A stretch of DNA of 64,000 nt from Eledone cirrhosa (GCA_964016885.1 OZ024761.1:19778001-19842000), one strand, 5' to 3'. Numbered from the stretch's first letter, positions 37,986 through 52,911 are shown. Translations and numbers: made by a program. The notes: a model not told the origin generated them from the sequence alone.

Positions 37986-38335
37986 CCAGTTTATCATTCC
38001 TTCTCTGGAAGAAATCTTATGTGTTCTAATTTGGAGAGGAGATGAGCTTTGTTTCTCACTTCCTTTCTCTCTCTATTTCTGGTAGAAATTGGATCAGCTG
38101 TGCTCCGACTTGGAGAGAGAGAAGGGCTTCGCTTCTCTCTACTTTGCTGTCACTCATTCCTTCTCTGAAAGATATTGGCTGTGTTCCGACTTGGAGAGAG
38201 ATGTGCTTTGCTTCTCATTTTGTCTTGAGTATAAGTCTGCTGTTCCAACTTGGAGAGGAGAAGGGCTTTGCTTCTCACTTCCTTACTGTCACTTTGTCTC
38301 CAGAGGAAGTTTGCTGCATTCCAATTTGGAGAGAA

Positions 38336-38605
38336 GGGCTTTGCTTCTCACTTCCTCTTTATCAGTTGATCTTCCCTTCACTGGAAGAAATTGTCTATGT
38401 CCCGACCTGTTGAGAGATGGGCTTTGCTTCTCACTTCCTCTTTATCAGTTGATCTTCCCTTCACTGGAAGAAATTGTCTATGTCCCGACCTGTTGAGAGA
38501 TGGGCTTTGCTTCTCACTTCCTCTTTATCAGTTGATCTTCCCTTCACTGGAAGAAATTGTCTATGTCCCGACCTGTTGAGAGATGGGCTTTGCTTCTCAC
38601 TTCCT
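38336..38605. repeat. 83-bp tandem repeat (3 near-identical copies), with older diverged units from about 37640
   Basis: GGGCTTTGCTTCTCAC starts at 38336, 38419, 38502 and 38585. Confidence 0.92.
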
Positions 38606-38677
38606 TTCTATCTTTTTACCTCCGGAAGAAATCTAATCGGTTCTGTTCTGACCTGGAGTGAGGAATGGGCTCTACTA

Positions 38678-38829
38678 CAACCATGTCAAACATGCGGCCC
38701 TTTACAAGCACACGTGCATCCCGCACAAAGGATTTTACAGCGCAAACGTAATATAAAATAAAAAATATTAGTTGTTGTGTGGCCCTCAGACAACACGTGA
38801 CCCATGTGGCCCCCAGTTTGATATATCTG
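38678..38829. mobile_element. hAT/Charlie-type MITE; also 19620-19793 and 60402-60549
   Basis: Consensus TIR CAG(A/G)CATGTCAAAC; perfect 8-bp TSD CTCTACTA here; imperfect ATCTAGAA/ATCTACAG and CCATAAAA/CCATAGAT at the other copies. Confidence 0.85.
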
Positions 38830-39629
38830 CTCTACTAGGTTTAAAAACCGCCCAAAATCCACTGTATTTCACTATGGTGTCTGTACGATTCCACCAGGAG
38901 TTAAGAACATTTTGCCTTACCTAGTAGTGGTAGACTCTCCGCCCACTTTCTCTGGACTGAGGCTGTACCTGTAATTCTTCAAACGTCCAGCCTTGTCACC
39001 CTGATGTCGGTCGGAATTATTGTGTTGGCCCTTTTAACAAGAAACTATCTTAACCCTTTAGCATTTACATCATTCTATATATACTATTGTATTTTCATAG
39101 TAAAGGCTCACATAATATTGAATCTATGAGATTTTGATGTTATTTATTTTGAGAACAATACCTTAATGTAGGTATGAGTGGCCAGTTACGGCCGGTTTGA
39201 ACAGAAAGAGGTGAGAGAATTCTGGCCGGATATGGCCGGTTTAAATGTAAAAGGTTAAAGACAGTAGGGTAATTAGCTCCTTACTTTTTTGTCAGGAGTT
39301 TTGACTGAGCAAGAAACAGTATCAGCAATGGAAAGACCAAAGGAAACATAGTTTTCTGGGTACGATCTGACAATTAGCTCCTTTCTTTTTGTCAGGAGGA
39401 GTTGTGACTGACCGAGAGTCAGTATCAGCAATGGAAAGACCAAAGGAAACATGGTTTTCTGGGTACGATCTGACAATTAGCTCCTTTCTGAGAATTCGGC
39501 TGGATATGGCTGGTTTAAATGTTAAAGGGTTAAACCACGCTGTTTTTATGATACAGAGCCTGCTCTAGGAATGGCATCTAGCTGTAAAACATTCCCTCGC
39601 AAATAATTCCATGATAGGGTTCAAGGCTT

Positions 39630-40800
39630 GTCATGAGTACTTATGTGGCTTAGTGATTAGAGAATTGGATTCGCAATCGTGAGGTTGTGAGTTTGATACC
39701 CGAGCAAGACACTTTATTTCATGTTGCTGTTTCTATCAGGAGTTGCGACCAGTAGATAGTATCAACAATTGGAAACATTGTTTCGTTGGTCTGATTTGAC
39801 GAGTTCCACCCTACTTAGTAAGTGAATGAAATCTGGGAACTTGCCAATCGATGGGTACTTGTGTGGGGCTTAGTGGTTGGAGAAATGCAATCGTGAGGTT
39901 ACAAGTTCGATACCCAAGTAAGACATGTTATTTCATGTTGCTCTTTCTACCAAGAGTTGTGACTGGTAGATAGTACCAGTAATTGGAAGAGACCAATGGA
40001 AACATTGTCTCCTTGGTCCGATTTGACGTGTTGCACCCCACTCGGTAAGTGAATGAGGTTTGGGAAATTGTCAGTTGATGGGTATTTGTGTAGCTTAGTG
40101 GTTAGAATTTGCAATCGTGAAGTTGCGAATTCTATTCCCAGACCAGGCGATGCGCTATGTCCTTGGGCAAGACTCTTTATTTCACATTGCTCTTTCTGTC
40201 AGAAGCTGCAACTGGCAGATAGTATCAACAATTGGAAAGACCAATGGAAACATTGTTTCCTTGGTCCAATTTGACGAGTTCCACTCCACTCCACTCGTTA
40301 AGCAAATGAGGTCCGAGTTCTTGTTGATCTCAGCAATGGAAACATTGTTTCCTTGGTCCAATTTGACGAGTTCCACTCCACTCCACTCGTTAAGCAAGCA
40401 AATGAGGTCTGAGTTCTTGTCCATCTCAGCAATGGAAACACTGTTTCCTTGGTCCAATTTGACGAGTTCCACTCCACTCCACTCGTTAAGCAAGCAAATG
40501 AGGTCTGAGTTCTTGTCCATCTCAGCAATGGAAACACTGTTTCCTTGGTCCAATTTGACGAGTTCCACTCCACTCCACTTGTTAAGCAAGCAAATGAGGT
40601 CTGAGTTCTTGTCCATCTCAGCAATGGAAACACTGTTTCCTTGGTCCAATTTGACGAGTTCCACTCCACTCCACTCGTTAAGCAAATGAGGTCTGAGTTC
40701 TTGTCCATCTCAGCAATGGAAACACTGTTTCCTTGGTCCGATTTGATGAGTTCCACCCCACTCAGTAAGTGAATGAGGTTTGGGATCTTGTTGGTTGATT
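39630..40800 (+). repeat. Three head-to-tail SINE-derived units (~220 bp), followed by a 92/96-bp minisatellite (about 5.5 copies, 40242-40760)
   Basis: Repeated tRNA-like head GCTTAGTG(G/A)TT; CAATGGAAAC starts at 40242, 40334, 40430, 40526, 40622 and 40714. Confidence 0.85.
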
Positions 40801-40948
40801 CAACCGATGAATACTTGCGAGGCTAACCCCACAAAACTTAGTAGAGAAGACGACTATGATTGCTTGTCATGTCGTTAATCCAATACTCAAACATCTTTGC
40901 TAATTTGTTAATAATTAGATTAATAAAAACAGACAAATGTTTTTTTTT

Positions 40949-41015
<67 letters not shown>

Positions 41016-41451
41016 ATATTTATTTAATCAAAATGAATTGCATTTTTGTTATATATATGTTTTTAAACGTATAATTTGTGTGTACCACATATATATATAT
41101 ATAGAGAGATAGAGAAGCGAGAAGAGTTTCTCTTTTCAATAAAATTTGAGGTTTTTCCTGGAATAAATTTGCAGGAAACAACCAAAAAACAAAACATAAA
41201 AAGAAAAAAAAAGACAGAAATTGCAGTATTTTCATGCATGACCGCACAATTTTTATACAAGCACCAACAAACATTAACAGCAGTTAGTGTTCAATTTTCA
41301 GATCATAATTTTTATATACATCCTATATATACATTCACAAATTCTGCAGTAGTAAAAATATAAATCTTTTGTTATATATTTATATATATTTCAGACACAG
41401 ACACATTGACATGGGGTTGTTTTGTAGTTAACAGGTGAATTATATATATGC

Positions 41452-41494
<43 letters not shown>

Positions 41495-41655
41495 GTGTGT
41501 GTGCGTGTGTGTGTACATACAACAGAAATATTAATTTCCATACCTTCCAAAGCATTGAAATTATACTTCTATTATAACACAAATATATATATATATATAT
41601 ATATAAACATATATATATATATATATATATAAACATATATATATATATAAACATA

Positions 41656-41750
<95 letters not shown>

Positions 41751-42147
41751 ATATATATATATATATATATAAACATATATATATATATATATAAACATAT
41801 ATATATATATAACCATATATATATATATATATATAAACATATATATATATATAACCATATATATATATATATATATAAACATATATATATATATAACCAT
41901 ATATATATATATATATATAAAACCATATATATATATATACACACACACATTCATAATGTTGATGATGATGATGATGATAACGATGTTAATGATCAGATCT
42001 TGTCCCTTATCAAAGTTTGCGAGATATTTCTGGAAAGGAGGGGCCGAGGGTCCATATGCAATGCAGATGTCACCTATCCATTAATATACCCACCCACACA
42101 CCACTCCATTCTAAAATACTCCCAGGAGTTGATTCACAATGTGTCTC

Positions 42148-42179
<32 letters not shown>

Positions 42180-42324
42180 TCTCTAAAAACAGAAGATGAT
42201 GATGATGATGATGGCCAAGTGGTTAGGATGTTGGGCTTACAATTTCTAGACCAGACAAGACCATATGACGCACATTATGTCCTTGAGCAAGACACTTTAT
42301 TTCACACTGCTCCAGTACAACCCA

Positions 42325-42365
<41 letters not shown>

Positions 42366-42540
42366 TTTGGTTTAGGTGAAAGTTAAACCTGTGAAGGACT
42401 GGCATCCTGTCCAGGGATTGGTGGATCAACATGTCAAACACCAAATGAAATCAGGATAGGCACTGGCCCTGATGAGCCCACAGGGTGCAGAACAACAGAA
42501 AAATGGACACTTAGTGATAATGTGGCCTGAATCCACATTG

Positions 42541-42598
<58 letters not shown>

Positions 42599-42776
42599 GA
42601 TGTAGTGATGTAGTGACATCCATGCCTCTGTCAATTACATTAGTGAGGCATAGTTCACCGGGTTTTGGCATTTACAAAATATGATTTTATAGAGGCCCTC
42701 CTGCATACCCCAACCTTGGTTTTATATATATGTATATATATATATACATATACATATATATATATATACACACATA

Positions 42777-42810
<34 letters not shown>

Positions 42811-42858
42811 CACACATATATATATATATATATATATACATATATATATACACACATA

Positions 42859-42892
<34 letters not shown>

Positions 42893-42917
42893 CACACATA
42901 TATATATATATATATAT

Positions 42918-42956
<39 letters not shown>

Positions 42957-43353
42957 TACACATATATATATATACACATATATACACATATATATATATA
43001 CACATATATACACATATATATATACACACATATATATATACACATATATATATATACACATATATATATATACACATATATATATACACATATATATATA
43101 TACACATATATATATACACATATATATATATATATACATATATATATACACATATATATACATATATATATATACATATATATATATACACATATATATA
43201 TACACATATATATACATATATATATACACATATATATATACATATATATATACACATATATATATATACACATATATATATACACATATATATACATATA
43301 TATATACACATATATATATACATATATATATACACATATATATACACACATAT

Positions 43354-43384
<31 letters not shown>

Positions 43385-43439
43385 TATAGATATACACATA
43401 TATATATATACATATATACACATATATATATACATATAT

Positions 43440-43470
<31 letters not shown>

Positions 43471-43698
43471 TATAGATACATACATATATATATATAGATA
43501 CATATATATATGTATATAGATACATATATATATGTATATAGATACATATATATATATATATATATATGTATAGAGATACATATATATATGTATATAGATA
43601 CATATATATATATGTATAGAGATACATATATATATATTTATACATACATATTTAGATACATATACATACATATATTATATATATATATATATAGATAG

Positions 43699-43737
<39 letters not shown>

Positions 43738-43747
43738 TACACACATA

Positions 43748-43817
<70 letters not shown>

Positions 43818-45452
43818 CACACATATATACTTTAAGTAAATTGGATGTTGTGATGTGTATGCCTTTCCAAAAATCATTAACATTGTAAATATTTAAGCAT
43901 TAACAAGCAACAAGAAAACATCAACAACAATAATAATAATAACTCTTTCTACTTTTGGCACAAGGCCAGCAATTACCCAGTGTATTACTGGTACTTTATT
44001 TTATCGACCCCGCAAGGAATAATAATAATAATAATAATAATAGTTTCTGATTTAGGCACAAGGCCAAGAATATTTTGGGGGAGGGAAAAGTCAATTATGT
44101 CAGCCCTAGTGCATTACCGGTACTTTATTTTATCAAACTCTTGGAAGGATGAAAGGCAAGGTTTACCCAGGCGAGAGGAATTTGAACTTGGAATGTAAAG
44201 GGTTTATAGTGCATGTTGTGCGGCACTCTACCGATTCTGCCATTCCACTGCCCTTATAATGATAATAACAATTTCTTGAAACTAAATCTACAAACGTTTA
44301 GAGAAGCAGAATGAGTTTGAATGATGTTCATGCCTTTCTTAAGGCCTATGTGAAGTGAACTCATTCCACCCAGGAAGAGAAACCAGTTTGTGGACTTGTT
44401 CAAATGGAGCTCACCTCGCTGCACTCCAAAATAATCATTACTCACAATAACACCAACAAAAACAAAATAATAAGGGTTTCTAATTGAGGCTACACGCCAA
44501 CAATTTTAGGGGTGGGTAAAGTCGATTAAATCAGCCCAGTGCATTACTGGTACTTTATTTTATCGACCCCATAAGGATGAAAGGCTAAGCTAGCCTCAGC
44601 GGGATTTGAACTCAGTATTCATGAATAAATAACGATTCTTTCTACCATTAATAACATGCCAGCAAATTAGAGGAGTTCCCAGTACTTTATTTTAACGATT
44701 CAATTATTTGTAATTTAGGTAGAATATTTATTTAAAAAACAAAACAAAACAAAAACCAGCAACAACAACAAGAACAACAAACAAATTTAAAAAACGATTA
44801 AAATGCTCTCCTTTCTCATATTTCTTTTTAGGAAAAAAAAAAAAAAACAACAAAAAATTTGTAACAAAAATAAAAAATGAAATTAAAATATAATTTTGCC
44901 AACAGTGTAATAAATTTTTTCGATAATTGAATTAACGGAAGCCCTACATTTTAATTTTAATCAGCAGATAAAATATGAAATTTTCTTTGATAAATTTTGC
45001 CCCCTTTTGGGAGTTGGGTGATGGTGGTGGGTATTGAACAGTGGTTTGGTGAGTGTGTATACGTATGTGTATATATTATATGTGTGTGTGTATATATATA
45101 TAAATATATACACATATATGTATGGGTAATGATGTATATACGTGTGTTTATATATTGTAACATACGTATGTGTTTATATATTATACATACATACATACTT
45201 GTTTATATATTAATATATATGAATATGTGTGGGTGATGTATATATGTGAATGAGTTAATATATATTATATTCTGAATGTGAATATGTTTTAACCGGGATA
45301 TATATATATATATGTATATATAAAGATACATAATTGGGATTTCATAATATACATACATGCTTATAGACACACAAACTGTGTGTGTGTGTATGTATGTATG
45401 TATGTATGTATGTATGTATGTATGTATGTATGTATGTATGTATGTATGTATG

Positions 45453-45483
<31 letters not shown>

Positions 45484-46518
45484 GTATATTATATGCAGGA
45501 TAAGGCCACATAAGAGATCATTTTATGAGAATTGTTGGATATGGATGAAGCCACAACATCCCGATATAAAATTGGTTTCAAGAAATAACAAAATATTAAA
45601 ACTATAATATTGACCTTGAAGTCTGTATTAAGTGTTTATATATATACACACACAAATGTATGTGTATATATATATACACACAAATGTGTATATATATATA
45701 TGTGTTTATATATATACACACACAAATGTATGTGTGTATATATATACACACAAATGTGTATATATATATGTGTTTATATATATACACACACAAATGTGTA
45801 TATATATATGTGTTTATATATATACACACACAAATGTATGTGTATATATATACACACAAATGTGTATATATATATATACACACAAATGTATGTGTATATA
45901 TATACACACAAATGTGTCTATATATATACACACACAAATGTATGTGTATATATATACACACAAATGTGTCTATATATATATACACACACAAATGTGTCTA
46001 TATATATACACACACAAATGTGTGTATATATACACAAACAAATGTGTGTATATATACACAAACAAATGTGTGTATATACACACACAAATGTGTGTATATA
46101 TATATATATATATACACACAAATGTATATATATACACATTTGTATGTATATATATATTAATATGACGCTCACTGATACTCAATTCAATGAGCAGCAGATA
46201 CATTAAAACCACAAGAGTGAGATCAAGACATTCATAAAACTAGATTCTATAAAGGTTATTGGTCTTTGCCCAAATTTAAAATGTTTTTTTTTTTTTTTAA
46301 ATAAAATCTCACAAAATCAATGGAAAAATGAAATGGGGAAAAAAAAAAAAAAAAAATTTGGAATGTTTTCAAAAATGATTTACATACATCCAGATGTATC
46401 TATATATCTCTGCTAACATGGAAAAATCAGATGTTATACAATAAGAGGAAGATTGTGTGATGGATCTAGGATATTGATACTAGAAATATCTGGTGACATA
46501 ACGACTATATCTAGTAGT

Positions 46519-46601
<83 letters not shown>

Positions 46602-46797
46602 ACGATTTGACCTGATCAATCAGCCCCATCTTGATACAATTGTAAAACAATGAGCTAGTTAAGAACATGTCTGAGTTTTGTTTTTCTGTATATATATATA
46701 TATATGTGTATATATATATATATATATATACTGCACACCGAAACTGCATTCGTTAGCTTGGCTGCAACCAGAGCTTCGATGATACTGTACTAAATTT

Positions 46798-46856
<59 letters not shown>

Positions 46857-47268
46857 CACATTGGCTTGTAAGCCATTATATATATATTAAAAACATCTGC
46901 TTGTAAGCCATTATATATATACATATTATATATATATATATTACTATTTGTTTGACCCCTTGGCAAATGAAATGAAAGGCAAAGGTGGTTGGCCAAAATT
47001 TAAAAAAATATAAAATATACTATAAAAGCAATCTAAATCAGGCCACCACCACTGAATATAGTTTTTCTTGTTTAGCAAAAAATGAGGAAAAATATGATCA
47101 TAATGATAGTGATGATGATGATGATGATAATAATTGTTTCTATATTTTGCACAAAGCCAGCAATTTGAATGGAAAGTCGAATAAATCAATCTCAGTGTAT
47201 TACTGGTACTTTATTTTATCAACCTCCATAACCATGAAAGGCAAAGCTAATTTGATTGTGATATAATG

Positions 47269-47301
<33 letters not shown>

Positions 47302-47438
47302 GTTTCTACATTTGGCACAAGGCCACCAATTTGAAAGGAAATTCGATTAAATTGAGCCCCTATTGTGTTACTGGTACTTTATTTTATTGACAACCTTCTC
47401 CCTGTAATGATGAATGGCAAAGCTAACCTGACAGTGAC

Positions 47439-47477
<39 letters not shown>

Positions 47478-48128
47478 TGTTTCTGATTTAGGCACAAGGC
47501 CAGCAATTTTCAGGGAGAAGGAAGGGGCAAGTTGATTAAATTGACTCCCCCAGTACATTACTGTTACTTCATTTTACCAACCCCTGTGATGATGATAATA
47601 ACAATAGTTATGATAATAATAATAGTTATGATGATAATAATAGTTATGATGATAATAATAGTTATGATGATAATAATAATAATAGTTATGATGATAATAA
47701 TAACAATAGCAGTAGCAGCGTATACATTTCAGATAATATATTAATTTCTGTTTAACTATATTATCACTATTGTTATTATTTTTGTTGATACTGTTAATGT
47801 TCTTTGGTGTCAATTTTTCAATTCCAATCCACTCGACCTTCTACACATAAAAATCGTACACCACTCCCGCAGCGAGCAGCAACTGCAAACCATGTAGCAG
47901 TGCATGATGCACAATGGAAATAACAATGATCAACATTGCTATAGCGAACAAATAAACCAATTTTTTTTTAAAAAGAAAAAGAAAGAAAAAAAATTGGATT
48001 TGCCGCCATTTTTTGGAGGGTGGGAAAAAAACAAACTTCATAAAAACTCCCAAAATATTCAATATTTTGTGTTTTTAAAAGTTCTACAAAGAATTCCTCT
48101 TCGGGTTTTCCGTTCTCTTCTCTTCCCT

Positions 48129-48442
48129 TTATAAGTAACCGGGACAAAATTTATAGACCAGGCGCCTGTTCTTTTCAGTTTTCTTTATAATTCCTTTGTT
48201 ATAATACTGTCGGATAGAACGGCTAAGTTTATCATAGTTCATAGCCGGCCTGTTCTTGCGCTCACCCCAAAGCCGAGCAACATAACTAGAGTCTTCAATT
48301 TTGAAAACCCCCTGTTTAGGATCCAACCACTTAATACACTTTGTATAGTTACCACCTTGTGAAAGCAATTCCTTCAGAAACTGCCATAAGTGTATGTTTT
48401 GTTTGTGTTTTGTAATTTGGGGCAGTTCTCTTGATTTGGTTT
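48129..48442 (-). CDS. SPDEF: SPDEF/PDEF-family ETS transcription factor, terminal coding exon (ETS DNA-binding domain)
   Basis: Translates to ..KQNIHLWQFLKELLSQGGNYTKCIKWLDPKQGVFKIEDSSYVARLWGERKNRPAMNYDKLSRSIRQYYNKGIIKKTEKNRRLVYKF..*. IHLWQFLKELL, FKIEDS and LSRSIRQYY are typical of the PDEF/Ets98B subfamily. Acceptor tttttcag at 48443-48450 (minus), phase 1; stop TAA at 48129-48131. Confidence 0.93.
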
Positions 48443-49436
48443 CTGAAAAATAGTAAAAGGAATAAAAATAAAAATAGAGACTTCGTAAGTTTACATATAT
48501 AAAATTGCTGCAGATATGTGGAAAAAAATTATATTTAACCCTTTAACATTTAGATTACTCGCTATATACTTTTGTATTTTTTTCGTAAAGGTTTTATCTC
48601 ACATAATATCAAATCTACGAGATTTTGATGATATTTATTTCGAGGACAATACCTTAGCGTTAGCATGAGTGGTCAGTTACAGCCAGTTTGAACAGAAAGA
48701 AGTGAGAGAAAGGTGTGGTAACATACCAGGTTGACCATAACGCACCAGGGTACTCGATACTTAGGGTAGTAGAGTGAGTAATAGGAAAAAATTCAGGACC
48801 CCGACAGCTGAGCTCCAGCCGTTTGGGATCTAGCTGTTGAACAGACTGGAGCTCAGCCGTTGGGGTCCTGACTAATTTTCCTATATTTTTTTATATATAT
48901 ATATATATATAATATTTGTAAATCAAACTTTAGCTGCAGTACAGCATGTACAATTTGATTTGATTTGAGGCAACCACAAAGCACTCAATGGATCGAAAGT
49001 TAAAAACAAACATTAAGTCCAGAGTTAAACACCATAGTTATAAAATGTGACACTTAGATAACCGAACGAAGGCACAAACTATACATATAACAAAATAGCA
49101 ATGTATATATCGTTATTTTATTGTAAGTATAGTTTGTGCCTTCAGTTGGTTATCTTGGTGTCACATTTTATAACTATGCTATATATATATCTATATATAC
49201 AAATAAAATATAGAGTTATTAACTCATATTGATACCCTGAAATTAACAAGCTCAAAGTATAAATACTGAGCATTATATAATAATATGTAGAAATAAACAC
49301 AGTAAATTCTGCGTCTAAAATTACGAGGGTATATTATATTATATTATAAAACATTTGTGGTATAATATACCCTCGTAATTTTAGATGCAGAATTTACTGT
49401 ATTTATTTCTACATATATTAATGTTATCTATCTATC

Positions 49437-49478
<42 letters not shown>

Positions 49479-51084
49479 CATATGTATAGTTTGCTGTTTT
49501 GACTTCTGTATACGTTTCACACACACACACACACACACACATGACCTACAAGATAACACATCCAGTACATGCTCTAAAGTGGGTATTAAAATGACAATGA
49601 CAGCGATGGTGATATCATCATCATCATTTTATTTCACCGAACCAGAGCCAGTTTTACTGGGTTTGTAACTAAAGGGTTAATGTCGGCTTTCTCTACTAGC
49701 ATATAGGGTATATATCTATATATTTGTGTTATTGCCTGCTTTCCCTGTGAAGTGGGAGCTATTGATCTCCCAGACAGGCCAAGGATCTGTCGTCCCGCTT
49801 ATGTACAGTCTCACACTCTACTAAGTGCACAGGAGAGGTTCTCATGCCTTAAACACAATTGAACATCCTCCCAACACTTTGTCTGGCAAATCACGCTAGC
49901 ATGGGTAGGACGGGCTGTCCCCTTTTGAGGGATCAGATTGGGAGGACTGTGATTCGCTCACACAGAACTGATTCTGGCTTGGTTTCTACAACTGGATGCC
50001 CTTCCTAATGCCATCCATATATATATATAAATATGTACTAATATAATAGCCTTGTGTATTTGTCCATCATACACTAGAGATGTCTGAGGAAGGAAAGGGC
50101 GATTACATCGACTGAGGAATGATGGGGTGATAACGTAGACTGAGGAATGAAGGGGTGTCTAATACACACATATCTATGTGATGACTGAGAAACTATAGAA
50201 GTCCAGCGTTCTAAGATTCTCACAGCTGTGTGTTTGGATAACTTGTGTGAGTGATAGCGAAGGAACCAACCAGCCAACACCTCTTTTATATATTATGTAT
50301 TGACATGACACAGGGCCGAGACCTATGGCGTTACGCAGTAATACAGAAGACCTGACTTGCCACGGGTACAAGCTGAAGCATACAGACTGTATTCCCCTTC
50401 CCCTCCGTGTAGGTGTCATTTAAAAAAAGCACCCAGTCCACTCTGTAAAGTGGTCATGTAGGTGCCACGACAAAAAGTGCCCAGTCTACACTGTAATGTG
50501 GTTGTGTTGGTGTCACCACAAAGAGCACACAGTGCTCACTGCAAAGTGGTTGGTGTTAGGAAGGGCATCCAGCTGTAAAGACCAAGCCAAAAATCAGTTC
50601 TGTATGAACAAGACATGGCCACCTGACCTAGTATTGCCCACAACAGGACAACTCGTCTAACCCATGCTAGCATGGAAGAATGGACGTGAATGGTGACAAT
50701 GATGATAATTACAATTAGCTGTCATTTTTTATGGCACAGAGCCAGTATATATCTATAATATAATAAAGGGGGGAGTGCAGAATAATTTCTGTTTTATATT
50801 TTTTTTATCCCATTAGTAAAATAAGTTGGATTACTTTGAATAAATAATGAATGAATATTACATAATTTATCTACTAAATTTTGTAACACATGATTAAACA
50901 TGAATAATTTAGTGTATTGCTTATTTCAAGATTCACTTCCTTTAACCCTTTAGCATTTAAACCAGCCGCTTCTGGCCAGAATTCTCTCTCACCTTCTGCT
51001 TAAACTGGCTGTAACCAGTCCACTCATACTGATATTAAGGTATTGTTCTCAAAATAAATAATATCAAAAATCTCATAGATTTGA

Positions 51085-52552
51085 TATTATGTGAGGTAAT
51101 TATGTGAAGTAAAGCTTTTACTGTGAAGATACAATAGTATATATAGAGTAATGTAAATGTTATGTGAGATATTATGTGAGGTAAAGCCTTTACTGTGAAG
51201 ATACAATAGTATATATAGAGTAATGTAAATGTTATGTGAGATAAAGACTTTACTGTGAAAATACAATAGTATATATAGAGTAATGTAAATGTTATGTGAG
51301 ATATTATGTGAGGTAAAGCCTTTACTGTGAAAATACAATAGTATATATAAAGTAATGTAAATGTTATGTGAGATAAAGACTTTACTGTGAAAATACAATA
51401 GTATATATAGAGTAATGTAAATGTTATGTGAGGTAAAGCCTTTACTGTGAAAATACAATAGTATATATAGAGTAATGTAAATGTTATGTGAGATATTATG
51501 TGAGGTAAAGCCTTTACTGTGAAAATACAATAGTATATATAGAGTAATGTAAATGTTATGTGAGATATTATGTGAGGTAAAGCCTTTACTGTGACAATAC
51601 AATAGTATATATAGAGTAATGTAAATGTTATGTGAGATATTATGTGAGGTAAAGCCTTTACTGTGAAAATACAATAGTATATATAGAGTAATGTAAATGT
51701 TATGTGAGATATTATGTGAGGTAAAGCCTTTACTGTGAAGATACAATAGTATATATAGAGTAATGTAAATGTTATGTGAGATATTATGTGAGGTAAAGCC
51801 TTTACTGTGACAATACAATAGTATATATAGAGTAATGTAAATGTTATGTGAGATATTATGTGAGGTAAAGCCTTTACTGTGAAGATACAATAGTATATAT
51901 AGGGTAATGTAAATGTTATGTGAGATATTATGTGAGGTAAAGCCTTTACTGTGAAGATACAATAGTATATATAGAGTAATGTAAATGTTATGTGAGATAT
52001 TATGTGAGGTAAAGCCTTTACTGTGAAAATACAATAGTATATATAGAGTAATGTAAATGTTATGTGAGATATTATGTGAGGTAAAGCCTTTACTGTGAAG
52101 ATACAATAGTATATATAGAGTAATGTAAATGCTATGTGAGATATTATGAGGTAAAGCCTTTACTGTGAAAATACTAAATGTTATGTGAGGTATTATGTGA
52201 GGTAAAGCCTTTACTGTGAAAATACTAAATGCTATGTGAGATATTATGAGGTAAAGCCTTTACTGTGAAAATACTAAATGTTATGTGAGGTATTATGTGA
52301 GGTAAAGCCTTTACTGTGAAAATACTAAATGCTATGTGAGATATTATGAGGTAAAGCCTTTACTGTGAAAATACTAAATGTTATGTGAGGTATTATGTGA
52401 GGTAAAGCCTTTACTGTGAAAATACTAAATGCTATGTGAGATATTATGAGGTAAAGCCTTTACTGTGAAAATACTAAATGTTATGTGAGGTATTATGTGA
52501 GGTAAAGCCTTTACTGTGACAATACAATAGTATATATAGAGTAATGTAAATG
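51085..52552. repeat. Minisatellite of 72/60-bp units, then ~50/52-bp units, inside a piggyBac-type MITE
   Basis: Unit GTTATGTGAGATATTATGTGAGGTAAAGCCTTTACTGTGAA.ATACAATAGTATATATAGAGTAATGTAAAT corresponds to the 3' third of the MITE. Confidence 0.95.
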
Positions 52553-52599
52553 TTAAAGGGTTAAAAGTTTCAAATATATATAATTTATACTCAACCTAC

Positions 52600-52911
52600 C
52601 TTGGTATAATGGTTCTGACTTAAAAGGCTTGGCATCACTGGTTGACAATATCAATGGTGTACCAAGATTAGAACTGTCCAAATTGCTGTCAAGACTGTCA
52701 CTGCTGTCATTGCCTTCCTCCGAGCCAGATGTCGGGGTGGTCGGTAACGACACCATATTCATGTATTCATTGAGCATTATGAATTTGGTGGTGTTGCTGT
52801 TGTGGTTGTTGTTGTTGTTGTTGCAGCTGTCCGAGAAGTTCTGTTCGTTAATGTTGTTGTTGCTGTTGCTGTAGTTGAGGCCACACGAGAAACCTTCGGC
52901 AATTTGAAAGT
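52600..52911 (-). CDS. SPDEF: SPDEF internal exon (Asn/Ser-rich linker)
   Basis: 312 nt, open frame FQIAEGFSCGLNYSNSNNN..MLNEYMNMVSLPTTPTSGSEE..SEPLYQ. Acceptor ttctttag and donor G|GTAGGT; phase 1/1 joins in frame to both neighbouring exons. Confidence 0.85.

Noticed and set aside
51087-52106. 339-aa repetitive ORF (likewise 54387-54968, 40117-40756 and 7772-8134)
   Set aside because: By-products of tandem units whose length is a multiple of 3; derived from MITE, SINE or minisatellite sequence.
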